Shown here in pieces: positions 1 through 14,859 of a stretch of 64,000 bases of DNA. This DNA is from Chrysomallon squamiferum (taxonomy: Eukaryota > Animalia > Mollusca). A model generated the notes under the pieces. The model searched no databases and had not been told where the DNA came from. It saw nothing but the letters and a program-made list of their open reading frames with translations. The stretch covers positions 7,316,001-7,380,000 of the forward strand of contig CM022679.1 of the NCBI GenBank assembly GCA_012295275.1, given 5' to 3'. The translations under genes were made by a program, and so were the position numbers. Position 1 is the stretch's first letter; every line of letters starts with the position of its first letter.

Positions 1-849
1 ATCTCATCAAAAATCTAGACTCTGAAAATATTACGAACACTACCACTGATAACCAATTATTAATTATGTCAGTTTTCTTTTTGTTATATATTCTACAAAT
101 GTTCTTCCTATCTTTATATCCTAACCTAGCAAAAAATACTTTGTTAATGAGCATAACTATTTAAATGTACGGTCATCAAAATTACTCTAATGAACTGCTT
201 AAGTATTTTTGTGGAAAACAAAAGATATCAAAATATGCACTATGATTTATCACTCTATGTCACATCATAGTGCTAAAAAAGTACTAGTTTGAACTGTTCA
301 AGCCATGCAAATGAAGCATTCAAAATTTAAAGCACACTTAATACAAAAAATAAAAATAATTCAATTTTCATCTCTGCTTCTTTGCTCTGTATGAATGAGT
401 AATAAAAGAACAAAGTTCTTAATATAATTGCCTGCAGTGAATTTAGAAATGAATATGGAAGATGAATGTAAATAAAAACAAACTTCTCTGACAAAGATCA
501 CTAACAAATTCACGTATCAGATATCAGATATGTAGGTGTTTTTTCATGTTGGGTATTGGTACACCATCCATTTTAATTTTAAACAATTTGAATATTTTCT
601 TAATATTAACTGTCAATGATACCTTATGTCTTTATTTTAACTTTTCAAAAATAAAAGCCCTTTTTTTTTTTCTTACTTACTTTCCAAAATTCAATTATTA
701 AAATCACTGTTCAAGGTGAGTACATAAAACAAATAACTGCTTTTATAACTGAAAGTAATCCAGTATTAAAACATTTATGAAAAGAAAAAAAAAAATGTTT
801 TTCTTTTTAAGGAAATATGTTAATATACACAAGTATTATCTCATTTTTG

Positions 850-1098
850 TTATTTTAATCCAAGTCACAAGTAGTAAACATTAAATTAATAGTGGCAAAC
901 AATGAAAATTTTCAAATGCTGAAGACCACAAGATATTCTGGTTACAATTGAATTATGATCTGGAACAAGGATATGCGTGTTAGTAATGGTGATACTGGGA
1001 ATACAGAGGTGTTCATCGTGAACTGAGATATGTCACAGATGCACACAGCAATTAGTAATCATCTATTAGTTCAGAGCCAGCGATCTCTGAAGACAGTC
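850..1098 (-). other. Putative downstream (possibly terminal) exon of the same minus-strand transcript
   Basis: Acceptor TCTTTATTTCAG at 1110-1099, followed by about 190 nt of more GC-rich sequence that fades into AT-rich sequence with ATTAAA near 854-859. All three frames close within 15 codons. Confidence 0.35.
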
Positions 1099-4000
1099 CT
1101 GAAATAAAGAACCTATTTCATCCCCATTTTATTCATGTTCCACATGTTAATGTTTGATTTTTACAAAATCTATAGTCCATGTGAGTACTGTTATAACTGG
1201 CATGGTAAGAAACACCAGTCAGTTGAAAAATATCTTTGCATTCTCTGAAATAAAATTTAATAATTTATTTCTAATTAAGCAAAATTATTTATTTTTAGAC
1301 ATTTAAACCTAAGGATTAAGGAATTTAAAACATCAACTTCAAAACAGTTTGTTATTTAAGGAAAGAATCTTTATAAACCAGATTACTTCTAAAATATTTT
1401 GCATGTAATACAAACATGCCAAGTTGGGTACTGGAAGCATAATGTATCATTTTCATCAAATTTAAATGGATAATCTGTAATCAGATCAACAGACTTTAGC
1501 CATTATCAGCCAGATTATATTGTTGAAGGTCCTGTTAATTCAGTCTGATTTTACACTGTCTGGTAGAGAAAATTATGTCACAGATCAAGTAACAGATGCT
1601 ATATTCCATCTGTATTTAATTAAAAATTCCTAGATCCAATTAAATGTGATTAATATATTTTTGCTTATAATAAGCTCTTATAAACATGAGACAGGAATTA
1701 ACGTTTGGGCTTAGTATTAATTATTACTGAAGCAGGAATTTAGAAAGCAGTACAAAGTTTGATCTCATTAACAGTGCTTTGGAAGTCAGTGTTGCCTTGT
1801 AAACTCAGATCAACTGCTTAAGTAAGAATATTAACATATTTTCTTAAAAAACAAAGAGAGGTCAATGTAATCTGCCTAAGCATCAGTCTCCCAGTTTTTG
1901 AAAACATTTACACATATAACACTGCTTCTGCATTTATTAAACAATCATTAAAAAAAAGAGAGAATAAAGAAAAAAAAAAAAGAGTGAAATAATAAATAAA
2001 ATTTAAAATAAATGAACAAATTTCCATTTTGATAATATAAGATACTTTTATCAACTTACTTAATGACTGCTCTTCTTTGCAGTACAATATAATGTTTGTC
2101 ACTGTTACTGCTATAGATCAGTTTCCTGTACAATGCTTCTCCAATCATTAAAAAAAAAAATAATAATGATGACGATGATGATAATAAAAAGATAAATTAA
2201 TTAGTAAATAAATTCCCATTTTTAAAAAACAAAAACCTTTCATTAACCTATTTAATGACTCCTGTGTTGCAGTCACACTATACTTATAACCACATGGTCA
2301 GTGCACCGTTTTAGTGTCTACTTAAATATGATATACTGTTTAAGACATTGCATCAATGATAAAAATATATTTAAAATTTGATCAAAGTATATTAATTCAG
2401 TGTTTTGAGGTAAAATTCACCAATCTTGTAGCTCACTAAAATGTACACTACATATATGCTTACTTAGTTATCAAAACCATTTTTTTATTTATTAAATTAT
2501 TATATAAATTATTTTGTTCTGTTATATGCAGCAAACTTATTTATAACAGTGACTGAAGCAAATTATTCTTTCACCCTTTTGAGGCTGTTTAGTGCTTCAT
2601 GGAATTTATTGGTTAATGAAATGTTAGTTCTTTCTAAGGACTAGTATGTAGTTTGAAACAGTGTTATTACCCATTTTAGAATGTTACACTTTAAACTTTG
2701 TCTACATTTTAGTAATTAAGTTTTAATATCCTGAGCAGACTGAATACTTTTAATTTTTCTAATAACATATCTTTTCAATTACTGTTACCTGGTGAAATAT
2801 TATATAAACTGTATTGCTAAAAACAAACCAAACCCCCCCCCATTACTTACTTTATACAATAAAAAATTAAATATGTAAAAACCTTCAAATGAAATATTCT
2901 CTGTTCTTCCTTAGGAGCACAAACTGCCAAGAACTGTTTTTCCCACTTGTCAATGTTTAAACCAGGATGGTAACAACAACAACAACAATAAATAAATAAA
3001 TAAAATTTAAAAGAAAAAGGGATTTATAATAAATAAAAAAGAAATAAAAAAGATATATATATTACTTGATAATTTTCACAAAAATCTTATCTGTCATTGA
3101 AACAGATTATTATGTTGCCTATTGTACAAATAGTTTAATCAGTACAAAACAAACAGGATACTTCCTGGTTCAACAGTTAGCTGATCCATACTACATAGGA
3201 GTATGTTAACATGTTCGTTTGCATTATACAACCAACATATATAAATTATACAACAGTTACCTAGTATGTGCTTGCATTATTCAAGGCATGCATTGAAATA
3301 TTGAAGGACTTAAAGTGTCACATTTTAATACTTTTTGCAAAAACATCTTGATTTTTTTCATCAACTAACATTTGTAAAGAAATAGTTAAAATAAAAAAAT
3401 ATAATAAAAAAAAGTAATTTGGATTAGACAGATATTTTCAAGCAAACAAAAGGAAACTATCAAAATGATCAAACTAGATGTGTTGCTGCAAACTGTAATT
3501 ATATTGGTTTCTCTAACTTTTTTACATTCAACCACTGAACCCAACTGATGATCATTTTGATGAGTATCGATTTATTTTACTTAATGTCCCAGATGTATTG
3601 AAACAATCTTTTCTTTTATTATGTTTGTGTTTATTCCAAGACCTTAATGTAAATTACAATGCATAAATTAGAATGCTTCCAAGAGACTATTTGATACTGT
3701 TCCATGAATTCTTTCTGTTTTAAATATCTGATATAAAATATTTTTATTCTGCATTAATATAACCCTCTCATAAACTGAGGTTTTTGCCACTGTACTTAAA
3801 TTGTCAAATACCATTTTCATGCAAAGAATTCTTCAAAAGAAAAAGTTACATACATTTTTTGTTTAAAACACACAACTTGTAAAATAATTTATTATAAATA
3901 ATGATTAACAGCCATTTTCATTTTATGAGCACACTTGACTAATGTACCAATGGTTATGAAAATGTTCTTTTCTATTTTTATAATCGGTGAATAATATCCT

Positions 4001-4360
4001 TATTAAATTGACATGTCATTTTCTACAAGTGAGTAATAATTACTGAGACAATTAAGTCACCATCTGACTAAAGAAAACAGTTTTAATTAAATGTCTATTA
4101 AAAATGTATTTTTATATTATTTTTGTGTGAATTTGGAAAATAAATCATTTTCAGATTAATTTTATTTGATGTATTTATTATTAATTTATTTTATAAATGT
4201 GTATGTGTGTGTGGGAATTGGGAAACAAATGAATACTATGCAATAAAATAGTAATAAAAACTAACCTGAAAAACACTGAAGTAAGTGGGAAAGAAACAAA
4301 AATTATCTTTTAAATACAGCACTAATATCTCTAACTTCTTGGTCTAAGGTATATATATAT

Positions 4361-4452
4361 AAATTTAATGTATCAGAAAAGTTATGTTCTTTCCTTTTAT
4401 ATATATATATATATAAAAGGAAAGAACATACCTTTTCTGACACATTAAATTT
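4361..4452. repeat. 92-bp near-perfect palindrome centred on an (AT)n tract
   Basis: Arm 4361-4398 matches the reverse complement of 4415-4452 at 36 of 38 positions, and the (AT)8 centre is self-complementary. Confidence 0.95.
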
Positions 4453-7400
4453 CTACAATCTTTACCATGTTTATTGTTGTGTTTCTAAGAAAAAACCTGT
4501 TTGATACATTGTGTCATTATAATAGTAGGAATAGATTTCTAAGTAGGTTATATGCTGACACCTAAATAATGAGGTCACTATGTCCTACTGATTGTACGAA
4601 ACAGGATGTTATTACTTCACTCTGCTGTATGTACAAAAAAAAAAAAAAAAAAAAAAAAGTCTTTAATATAAATATTTATTTTTATCTCTTATTATTTTAA
4701 ATGCTAAATTTTCAATATCTTTCTCTCTCACACACACACACACACACGCTCAAACACACACACATATTATACTATCTTTTGAATATAATTATACAAGCAA
4801 TCTAATAAAAAAAAACATGGAATTAAAGTAAAAGTAAAAATTTAGTACTTTTAAAGACATTAAAAGTTAACTCATATTAGAGAAACCTGACTGCTGCTTC
4901 ATGATGCTCAATTACTGTTAATCACAAATAAAAGATGTTTAATATTCATCTTCTCACACACATGTAATAAACTACTCATGGATTAAAACTTGAACAATTA
5001 TAAAGATAAGAAATGACCACATTTTATTTTGGTTTTAATTTTGAAAATCACCACTAACTCAACCTGCCTGTTGTCAAACAAGTATTTCTGGCTACAGAAT
5101 GTCTGAAATGTCAATGGTGTTATATTTGAGACGTAAATTAAAACATAACATTTTATTCTGTTAGAAATAAACAGGTTATTCAAAATTAAGTTCATTAGTT
5201 TCATTTTTGGTCATGCGATCATACAAAGAAATCCATCAAGATCTATTACATTCAGAACTGTTCATATTCCTATCAAAAATGCATCATTCATCACAGATAA
5301 TCATTTTTCTCAAAAATCATTATCTGTAACAATGTCCGTTCCATCAAGAAGTGTCTATTTCGATAGTCTAATGGCACATATACATGTCAAAAGAACTGCA
5401 ACTATTCAGATGAAAACAGGAAAAAAAGAGATGGAGTCCAATTTGTGGAGTTATGGCAGGAAAAAGTCAGCAAAAGAAAGACAATCAGAAACAATGTGTA
5501 ATGTGATAGTGAATAGAAATGGGGGAAATAACTCATTTACGACAGTCCTTTACCTTTTATTTTCTGCTTTATAGCCTTTCTGATGTGCTCCTTAATTACA
5601 CTGGCCATTTCTTCACAATACTCCAATTAAGATGAAAGCTGTTTCTTGTAATTATTTTAAACAAATGAAGCTGCTATGTTTTGATGTTATTTGGAATCAA
5701 AGTGGAAAGTCAAAAAAAAAAAAAAAAAAAAAATTGGAAGACAATTTGATTTCGGACAAAGAAAGGACATTGTTTATAATCAACTTTTCACTAAATTCTA
5801 GATAACCAACAGAGATAAGACAACTTCAGTTTAAATAACAGACACCTTTTAATAAATGAAAGGAAAGTACCTGATTAAAGTAATAAAATTAGAGGTGGTA
5901 ATTAAAAAAACTGCAGTTATGAAGAAAGAAGCAGTTGACACATTGTCAATATTTACTTATAACAGCCTTGCTTTGCTGGTCGAAATATAGCATAATCCAA
6001 TGGATCCAGAGAAGAAAGAAGAAATAAATAAAATGGATGGATGAATGTTAAATATTTTATTAGTTTAACTGAGAAAGAAACTTATTACAGCAACTCCTCA
6101 AGCTACACATAACCTACAAAAACACAGAACAGAACTTTATCACAATGTTTGGAAAATATAAGGACCTGGCTATAACAGAATAACGAACTGCTGGACTCTT
6201 ATCTGAAGTTATTTCTTATTTCTTAGTGCATTCAGGGTTATTATCATGTCTTCAACATTGTCAGCAGTTCTTCAAAAAATAAAATTTAAGGTGAATGCGT
6301 CAATGTTAATACTTTTACAGAAAGAATGGTATTATGAATTTAAGTTATTTGAATTATGAGCCATTTCACAGCAGGCTGGCTAAAATATTTCATAAAAAAA
6401 TGGTCATCACAAAAAGTTTGAAAGTTTTTGATCAGAAAAGACAATGAAAAAAGAAAAAGGACAACTCTAAATTGAAATTTGTCTTTTAATGTATTAACAC
6501 AAATACATTTAACTTTTTCATTTTTACTGTTTAGAATTCCATATTTTCATAACATAATATAGTCATATATGATATAGGTAGATATTTTGGTGTCTGGTTA
6601 ATTATCAATGCTGCTGTTACTGATTGCTAAGCGATAACCACATGTTTATAATGTCTGTTGTTACAGATGTCACAGTTCTCACATGTAGCAAAACAAACTC
6701 GTTATTTTCTGTATGATGAAACATTGTGAACATCTGATTTTTATTCAGCCAAATTTAAGAAGCAGTTCAGCATGATAATAATAAAGAACCAGGTTTTTGA
6801 AAACTAAAGCCAAAAGTATCAATCAAAAAATCAAACCAAACCAAACCAAAAATAATAATAATAATAATAAAATAATAATAATAATAATAAAATAAAATAA
6901 AACAAAACAAATAACAGCAATAAATAAAAATAAATGAAAAAGATGCTAATCTTCATAATTAACAATAAGGGAAAAAATGATCATGTTATAAACAAGAACC
7001 CTAGCTGAAATGCAAAAAAGCCAAAAGATAATACTATTATTCTATAACTATGTTGAGTGCTTTAGCACTCAGCTAATCTATCCCAAAGGAAACAACTGAA
7101 AGTATTTAAAACTTAAAAACAGTAACACTTCAGAACTGAACTTCAATAGGTTTTCTTTTCTTTGTTTTTTTTTTTTTTGTTAAAAACAAATTTTAAAGTC
7201 TTTACTAAATGACAGCTGGCTGAAAAAAATAAACCAAGAAGGTTTCATTTATTATTAATGAAGTTTGTAAAAATTATTATTTCAAAGTAACATTCTTTAT
7301 AGAATGAAAAAATGACTGCAGGCATAAAAACTAAACCAAAACTGTTAAGAAAAAAAAATGTGATAGTGTTTCTTCTTACAAAGTTATAATTTCATACTAA

Positions 7401-8014
7401 TTGGCAAAATATACTTGTCAGTTTGTGTTTCTCATTTAGCGATGAGTAACAAATCTGGATTTTCTATAAGAAATGAGATTCTCTTATTGTTGTCATCATG
7501 CAAAATGTGATCAAGTACTGGCAAATACAATAATATTCCAAAACCCTCAAGAAGGATTTCAGGCAGTATGATTCACATACAGCTCTTTAGAGTGGCTATC
7601 ACTGTCCATTAATGTTACACTGCCATGTTTTGTCACTAAAATCCATAATCCATGGTTTCCCTTGAGCTAGTGCAGCATAACAGCGTCCTTAAGTGGAGAA
7701 GCAGAAAACAAGCAGTATAATAGTTTTTATCAAAGGGACACACTGTACAATACACTGACAGGAATTAAGGAAATCTCTTTAAAACAGACATGATCTTGTG
7801 TAACGTAATTTAATGTAAAACTAAGGTTCAGTTCCTGTATGCTGCCACCAAAATCATAAAAAATGCATTAAAGAATATTTATAAACTTTAGAAAATAATG
7901 ACTGTCTATTGCTATTGCTATTGATATTAATATTTATTTATTTTTGTTGTAACTGTTCGTTAAAGTAATGTTTCTTGAATGTCTTAAAATGGGAACAAAA
8001 GTATATATAGTATG

Positions 8015-8045
<31 letters not shown>

Positions 8046-9339
8046 TAATTTAAATCTGTGTGTGTTTGTTTCCTAAGTATCAAACTGCACAAAAACAGTA
8101 ATCTCCCTTGAATTACAAACAACAAAATGAATTGAAAACAAATAATTAATTTTCTATCATTTGTTGGATATATCAGTAATTGTAGAATACATGATAGCTT
8201 AAGTATTTTACAGAACATAATTATGTCAAATGAAATGCCATTTGCAGTTTCTTATAATTCACAAGCTTTAAAGAAGTTGAACCATTTATCTGTAATAATT
8301 ATGCAATTACTTTGAACATTAACTGAAAATGTTGAATGTCAAGGGGAAAAGAATGCACTCTTGTATTAAACTATGTAATTTATTTGCATGCCACTCAAAT
8401 GTTTTAGCCTGATACTGGAAAACTCACTCCATGCACACTTTGTTATTCCTCTATTGTAATAATACACTAGGACTAAAATGACTTGATTATTAACTGTTGA
8501 AAAGAATCATCTATGAGGGAAATGAACAGAGTAAATCTTTCTTGCCTGTATTTACAATTTTTTAATGTCCATAAAAAGACTGTGCTTCATTAACTGCAGT
8601 TTTAATTATTAATTCTTAAAAATGTGATGGAAAATAACTACCAAGTTCTAACTATGTGAATGAAATTTGATTGGTGATTCAGCTACAGTAAAACAGGTTT
8701 CAGTACCATACTGATGGAAAACAAAATATTTAATAAAATTTGCAGAAATTTAACAATGCAACAGATCAGGTATTTGATGGGACTGAAAATATTCAGGAGA
8801 TGTAATTGTATTCACCTAAAAATTTGCATAAAAATAACTACCATATAAATTTCACCAAATAAACATACAGTACTAATACTTCTAGTGCTTGGTTGCCAAA
8901 ATGTTGTCTGTGCCAACCTGTTCAGTGCTTGGAATGAAAACCAATACCTTAGCTGTGTTTATGTATGCATAATGTTAAAAAGTAAACATTGTATTTGTAA
9001 ACTGCCATTACAACTCAATATATCTAGATTTCAGTAAGGAAGGACCCATTTTTTTTTTTTTTTTTTTTTTTATATTTGAACATATTCAACAGATTCTTAA
9101 TTAAGTTATTCTTTACTGTTATGTATCTTAAAGATAATGACAGATGTATTAACTTCTGCCATGCAGTAGAAATCACTGAAAACACAGGAGAATAACACAA
9201 GAAATGCTTTCACAGCAAGAGATGATCTGGGCATTTATGCAGTGTCTGCATTTTTTAAATTAACATGCAGTTCAAACATGGGAGCAACAATTGATCTTAG
9301 AACTAACTATCTGACATACAAGGCACTATAGTATATATC

Positions 9340-9460
9340 TATATATACATTCCCAGACATAGGAAAGCATATACCACAGTCTTTGATAAACTAGTCACAG
9401 GGCACTGGCTGAGACTTAAAAAGGTCTAAAAAGAGTATTTAAAAGGATTGATTCTGCAGT
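9340..9460 (-). mobile_element. Decayed SINE-like fragment (central portion)
   Basis: aggaaagcatataccacagtctttgataaactagtcacagggcac aligns with gaaaatacatacctcagccttcgacaaaccagtcgtgttgcgcac at 50746-50790. Confidence 0.45.
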
Positions 9461-12400
9461 TTATCAAATATTCTACTAACATTTTTGCTACATCTTTCAC
9501 TTCTGATTATGTTTATTAATTTATTCCATGTGATATGTATGCTCTAACAATCATTCAATTTTACTACAGAAAGTCACTCCAATATCTGTATGATTTTTAA
9601 AAAAAATGGTTTTAGTCTTTATGCCATAATTATTTTCACAAAGCTATACATTATTCAATGATATCTTTTTGAGCAGATGATTTTTAATCAGTAATATGCA
9701 AGTAACCAGTTATAGTTTAAATTATAAATGAAAAAGAAATCTTTTGTTGTTATGTCTTTGGAGAGAGTTTGAGCAATTGCAAATTTTATGCATGACATTT
9801 TAATAACATAAAATGTTATCTAATTTAAGCAGAAAGTAACTTTGTAGAAAGTACAACAGTTTTATTGATTTATTTATTTGTTTATATATGCACTTCTGTT
9901 AGTAAAAAAAACCTGACCCCCTCAGACCATAAAATAAGAATATAGCTGTGCATGTTATGTATGCACGTCTACAAGTACACTTTTGGAATAAATCAATTGT
10001 CATGTTTACACTTGAATAAAAAATTCATATTTTCTGAAATTAGGTTACAAAAAGAAAAAGAAAACTAAGAAATGGGTTACAATACACTGAAGTTGGTTAT
10101 CTTATCAAACCAATAAAATGTGAAACTGCACACAGTAAAGATAATTATATATATGATTGTTTTTAAACATTTTATTCAAAGTAACATACTGATTCTACAG
10201 TCAGCTATTGGGGTTATTTTTGGCAATAAAAAATTAAGGTTTCAAAAAAAAAATATTATTAAAAACAATATTTGTTGTCCCATATTTACAGAAACAATTT
10301 GAATTATGAGACATTAAATAAGATCAGGTATGGAGAGTGCATATTAACATTTATTACAAGTCTTGAAATAATTCTTTAGGCCATATATGTCAAAAATGAT
10401 CTATGTCAAAATAACTTGTGCTTGAAGTTTGTAAATACTGACGAATAATTTTAAGTTTTATGACGTCAGTTACTTCTTTCTATGATCATTAAATCTGACA
10501 TGAAATCTGTGATATAAATCTGCATGCACACACACACACAGAGCCAGGATCTGTAAATAAATGTAAGGGTTTTCAGTTTTGTATGTTTTAAAATACACAT
10601 TTTGAACAACAGCTACTCAACTTTACATGGAGATCACTTAAAAATGTGAATTAGAAGTTCATAAGCTGAGCGATCAACAGGTCGTACTGTTACAATCCAG
10701 TCATCACAAATACAGCTACATAGCTACATAGTAAAATACTATTTCTAACCTAATTTGTATCTGAGCTGATACTTAAAATCACTGTAGGACTCAAAAGGTC
10801 ACCTCTGATGATGATATTATTAAATATCCACATATTTCAACACAAATAATTGTGATTACACCTGTAGAGTTCTAACATTATTAGATATTCTTTCCATTCT
10901 TACAGAAGTATTGATTAACAGCGAATCAAGTCATTATAGAAGCCCTTTAACATCTATTTCAATATCAGACAATCCTTTTGACATCTCCCTTTGGCTTATC
11001 AGATCACACGCTGTTCTGTAATTATTGTTACTTTAAGAAACTGACCATTAATTCTTTTTGACAGGAAGGAGTGGAAATAATGGGTCTTTAATTGTGAACA
11101 CAATATTTCTGATGCAGGCACTTTTCTTTATTCAAAAGGAATAATCATTTTCAAAATCTATTCAGATGTTTTAAATTGTTATATTTCTACTGATAAAACT
11201 TATTTTCATCAAATACATAGATATAAACTGATTGATGTTAATTTTTCCATACAAACTGTATTTCTGCTTGAAGTGGACTCTGTACTAATAGCAGGGTAAC
11301 TTCTAATGGAATACATGTGTATACAAATCATTTTTATTTTACCAAATAATTTTTAATATTTTTGTGATTAGCTAAATATCTGTGGCAAACTAACAATAAG
11401 TTTATTATACATCAATGCCATCTTTTAGATCATTGTTGACAATGCCATCTTTTAGATAATATTTAATGAGATGACATCTGCATTTAATTAGTTACTTCTA
11501 ATACTAGTGTGAAGCTGGCAAAGTATCATTATTGAAAAATCATAACATTCATAATCGGGTGAGAATGATGTAACAGTTATAGGTATTTGGACACATTCAG
11601 AATAACAGAATAATAGGATTGTAAGAGGATCAAAAATTAATCACATACTAACCTCTGCTTACATACTGCAAGTTTTGATCTTCTACTTACCTCATTAATC
11701 TGACTTAATGGAATACAGAATTTGATTATTAATATTGGCTTAAAATATTGGAAATTAGAAGTCTCTGTCGTCTACAGATGGAAGCAAATCATTTCACATT
11801 GTTTTTGTCACTTAGTTACACATGCAGTTATTATTTTTATATGCAAAATATTGTCATGTCAAATTATATTAAAAATCTCTGATGTGGATTAAAATTTTGA
11901 AACAATGTGGATTAAAGAGGCCCTACTGGATTATGTACCCAGAAGCTTAAGTTCCGTTAGTTTCATGTTAGATCTGCATATGTATGTGATGTTATTTTAT
12001 TTTAATTTTCTTTTTCTAGATTCATACTATTTTCAAGAAAACATTTTATGTACTACAGACTGGGAATCTGCAATTCATACAGACACAACAAATTTGAATT
12101 CCTAGACACCTTACAAAATTCATTATAAAATCAGAAAAAATTATAATTTGCGGAACAATATATGATAACAATATTATATGGATGGTTCTATTCTGAATGT
12201 ATGGAAATGAAACTTGTGATATCAATTTTTTTTTTTTTTTTTTAATTTGTTTTAAAAATTTAATTCAAGGGAGGTAAGTGCTGTGAGGCAATGCATCCTT
12301 TAGAAAAAAAAAAATTATAGCTTTTAATCACTGCAATGAATACTAATATCAGTGCAAAGCTGGAGTTAATGTAGACAATTCTATACAACATTTTAATTTT

Positions 12401-13290
12401 AAATTATAATTTATAAGCAATATAACAATAAATTATAGTAACATATTTAATATAATTTTTGCTGACAAAGGCTAGGTTTAAAAACTGCAAGATAACAAAT
12501 CTTTATACATTTAATTCTCATCATTAAGTAGCCTTCCAAATGAAAATAGCCCGTGAAAATCAAATTAATTTTATTTTTAAAACAAACAAGATTTCTGAAG
12601 CTTCTATTTAAAGCTCTTATTCTTAATGTTACATATTTTTTTTTTTTTTTTTTTTAATTTAATTTCAACAGCCATTTTGGTCCAATTTTATCATTATTGT
12701 AACTGCATCACAGTGATATTTCTTCTGAGGTTTAAAATAAGATTAGGATTATTTGAAAACAATGAACTTTTTTAATGCACTTTCAACTTCAGTTGAATTC
12801 GAAGCACTATTTATTTTTAATTTTGCTTGGTAAGGAAAAACTTGATTGTTTGATAACTTTCATAAGGGAAGTTGAGCTTAGATTTGTGTAGCATTTCTAT
12901 ATTTGTATTAGCAAGTGTACAACCGTATTAAATCAAAATATTCGTAACATTCAGTGTAACTTCTGTTGATATAAAATGATAAAGCTGATAAACTGCCAGA
13001 ACACCAAATTCACAAATAACTATATGAAAATAATTATTTACGATGTTAATTACGATCTGCGTTAATCTAACTTTCGTTGTTACTCCTTAACGACGATTCC
13101 ATAACTTCTAAACTTAGACTTTTTAACTTATTTGACTTAAGAGTTCAGTAAGATTTAGCCTACTTGAAACACCGACTTTCTTTTGTTGTTGACAAACAAT
13201 AATTCATTAATATAAAGTTTCATATTTATTCACAATATAACACAGAGTTATTTTCTGTCAGAGGTGAAATTAAAAAAGTCAAGTACTCAC

Positions 13291-13375
13291 TTCTAACACG
13301 TGCTCTTCAGTCGTTTTAAGAAACGTCATTTCACGAAACAGCATGTTCGGTGTCATCTTAAATGAACCGGAAGTT
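13291..13375 (-). other. Putative first exon of an unidentified minus-strand transcript, head-to-head with SLC38A10
   Basis: CpG-containing island, ACTTCCGGTT ETS motif, AAGATG at 13356 opening MTPNMLFREMTFLKTTEEHVLE, and a strong donor GAA|GTGAGT at 13291/13290. The plus strand from 1-13000 is A-rich and CpG-poor, as expected for a minus-strand gene body. Confidence 0.55.
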
Positions 13376-14859
13376 TTCTTTTTCCGACTACGCTTGCGTA
13401 TTTCGTGCAGTTTAACAGTCGTCGATAAAATATGTGTTGAATCCAAGGTCACAATACCATCAGAAAAAGATGTATACACTAACTAAGATGTTTACACTTT
13501 GGGAAAACTAATCATCAGAATAAATAATTTTTATTTTTATGTGTTCTTTTATGTGAATTCTGACTGTATCAAAAGGTTTATTATTGTATATCAATATACA
13601 GAATAATCTTGCATTTTCTGTTAAGAAATTTGTTTCGAAGTCTACAACGAATGTATATGAACAGATACACACTAGATATGTCATTATTACTAAAGGTTGC
13701 GAATAGAGATAGGATTTCTTTCATACGAATCTTTCTTTGGACATGAAAGCTCATGCAAACAGTAGTAGTGGTTGTAGTAGTAGTAGCAGCAGCAGTAGTA
13801 AAAATCTAAAATTAGAATTAAAATACTATTGCCCCTCGATTTCACGGATTAGTAGGGGTGAGGCACTGGTTCAGACAATGCATAAGTCTAAGAAATCGCG
13901 AATATAAATATTAGTAGATATAAGTAATATAATAATGTAAGAACAATACACAGACATAAAAAATTTAAACATAGTACGTGTAAAGAAACGTACATTAGAA
14001 AAATCACGGTTAGGCTGACTGGTTAAGCTCTGATCGTATAATGGGACACCGAATAACATAACAGAGGTAAAAAGACATACAGAAAAGAATTATATCAGAA
14101 ATGTGTATATATACACATAGCTAAGTATATTATCATTCTGGTGAATTTTAATGCGAAAGTGCAAGGTGCCTTCTTTTACGCCAGAGTTGTGGTTCTTGTG
14201 CTTGAACCTTGATTTGGATGTGGGCACATCCAACAGCCCGAGGGTTCTTTTAATAAAAGAGCTGAACATCCACTACCCCAAGATACTAATATTTTGAGAT
14301 TTGGATAAACAGAACTAATTTTCTCGCCACTAATTTAATCTCAAGAATGAGCATTTCTCTGTTCAAGCCATTCTTGCTTTGTTTATTACAAACAAACAAA
14401 TTAAATTAAATTAACGACAACAAATTAAATAATAAAAAGAACATGAAAGAGAACCAAAATCTTTTTGTTTTTTTTTTTTGTTATATGAGTGTACGCGCTT
14501 TCACACACATACCAAACATACACTCAGACAGTTTCTATACCTTTATATTAAAAAACCATAACAAATCTAGATGCTCCATCTTCTGCTACTGCTACTACTA
14601 CTATTAGCTGCTATTGCGGCTCCTTCAACCGGTTTACTAAATAAGTAAGTGAAATACCTTCAGACAAACAACTATGAAATTACATATAAATTTACATTAA
14701 TCTAAGGAAAGATAGTCTTAAGATAAGAATCATCATTTTAGATATAACGTAAATGTATGAGTTTAAACAATTGTGCAGTCAAATATATTCCCCAAAATGG
14801 ATAGAGTAAAAATAGTAATAATAATAGGAAAGTACGATAAGAAGAATATTAGTCCAGCA

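Noticed and set aside
940-1098. In-frame TGA codons followed by open sequence (selenoprotein idea)
   Set aside because: No SECIS-like stem-loop and no similarity to a selenoprotein family that I recognise.
7415-7503. Possible minus-strand C/D box snoRNA (ATGATGA ... CTGA, about 82 nt)
   Set aside because: Only a 3-4 bp terminal stem and no rRNA-complementary guide I can recognise; such boxes arise by chance in AT-rich DNA.
14129-14161. IIILVNFNAKV, resembling the LINE endonuclease motif IILGDFNAKV
   Set aside because: Single short degenerate motif without flanking ORF support; a possible ancient LINE relic that cannot be established by eye.
14213-14232. Short perfect hairpin ttggatgtg-gg-cacatccaa (and a similar one at 7051-7073)
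   Set aside because: Stems of 9-10 bp are plausible by chance in 64 kb, with no other support.
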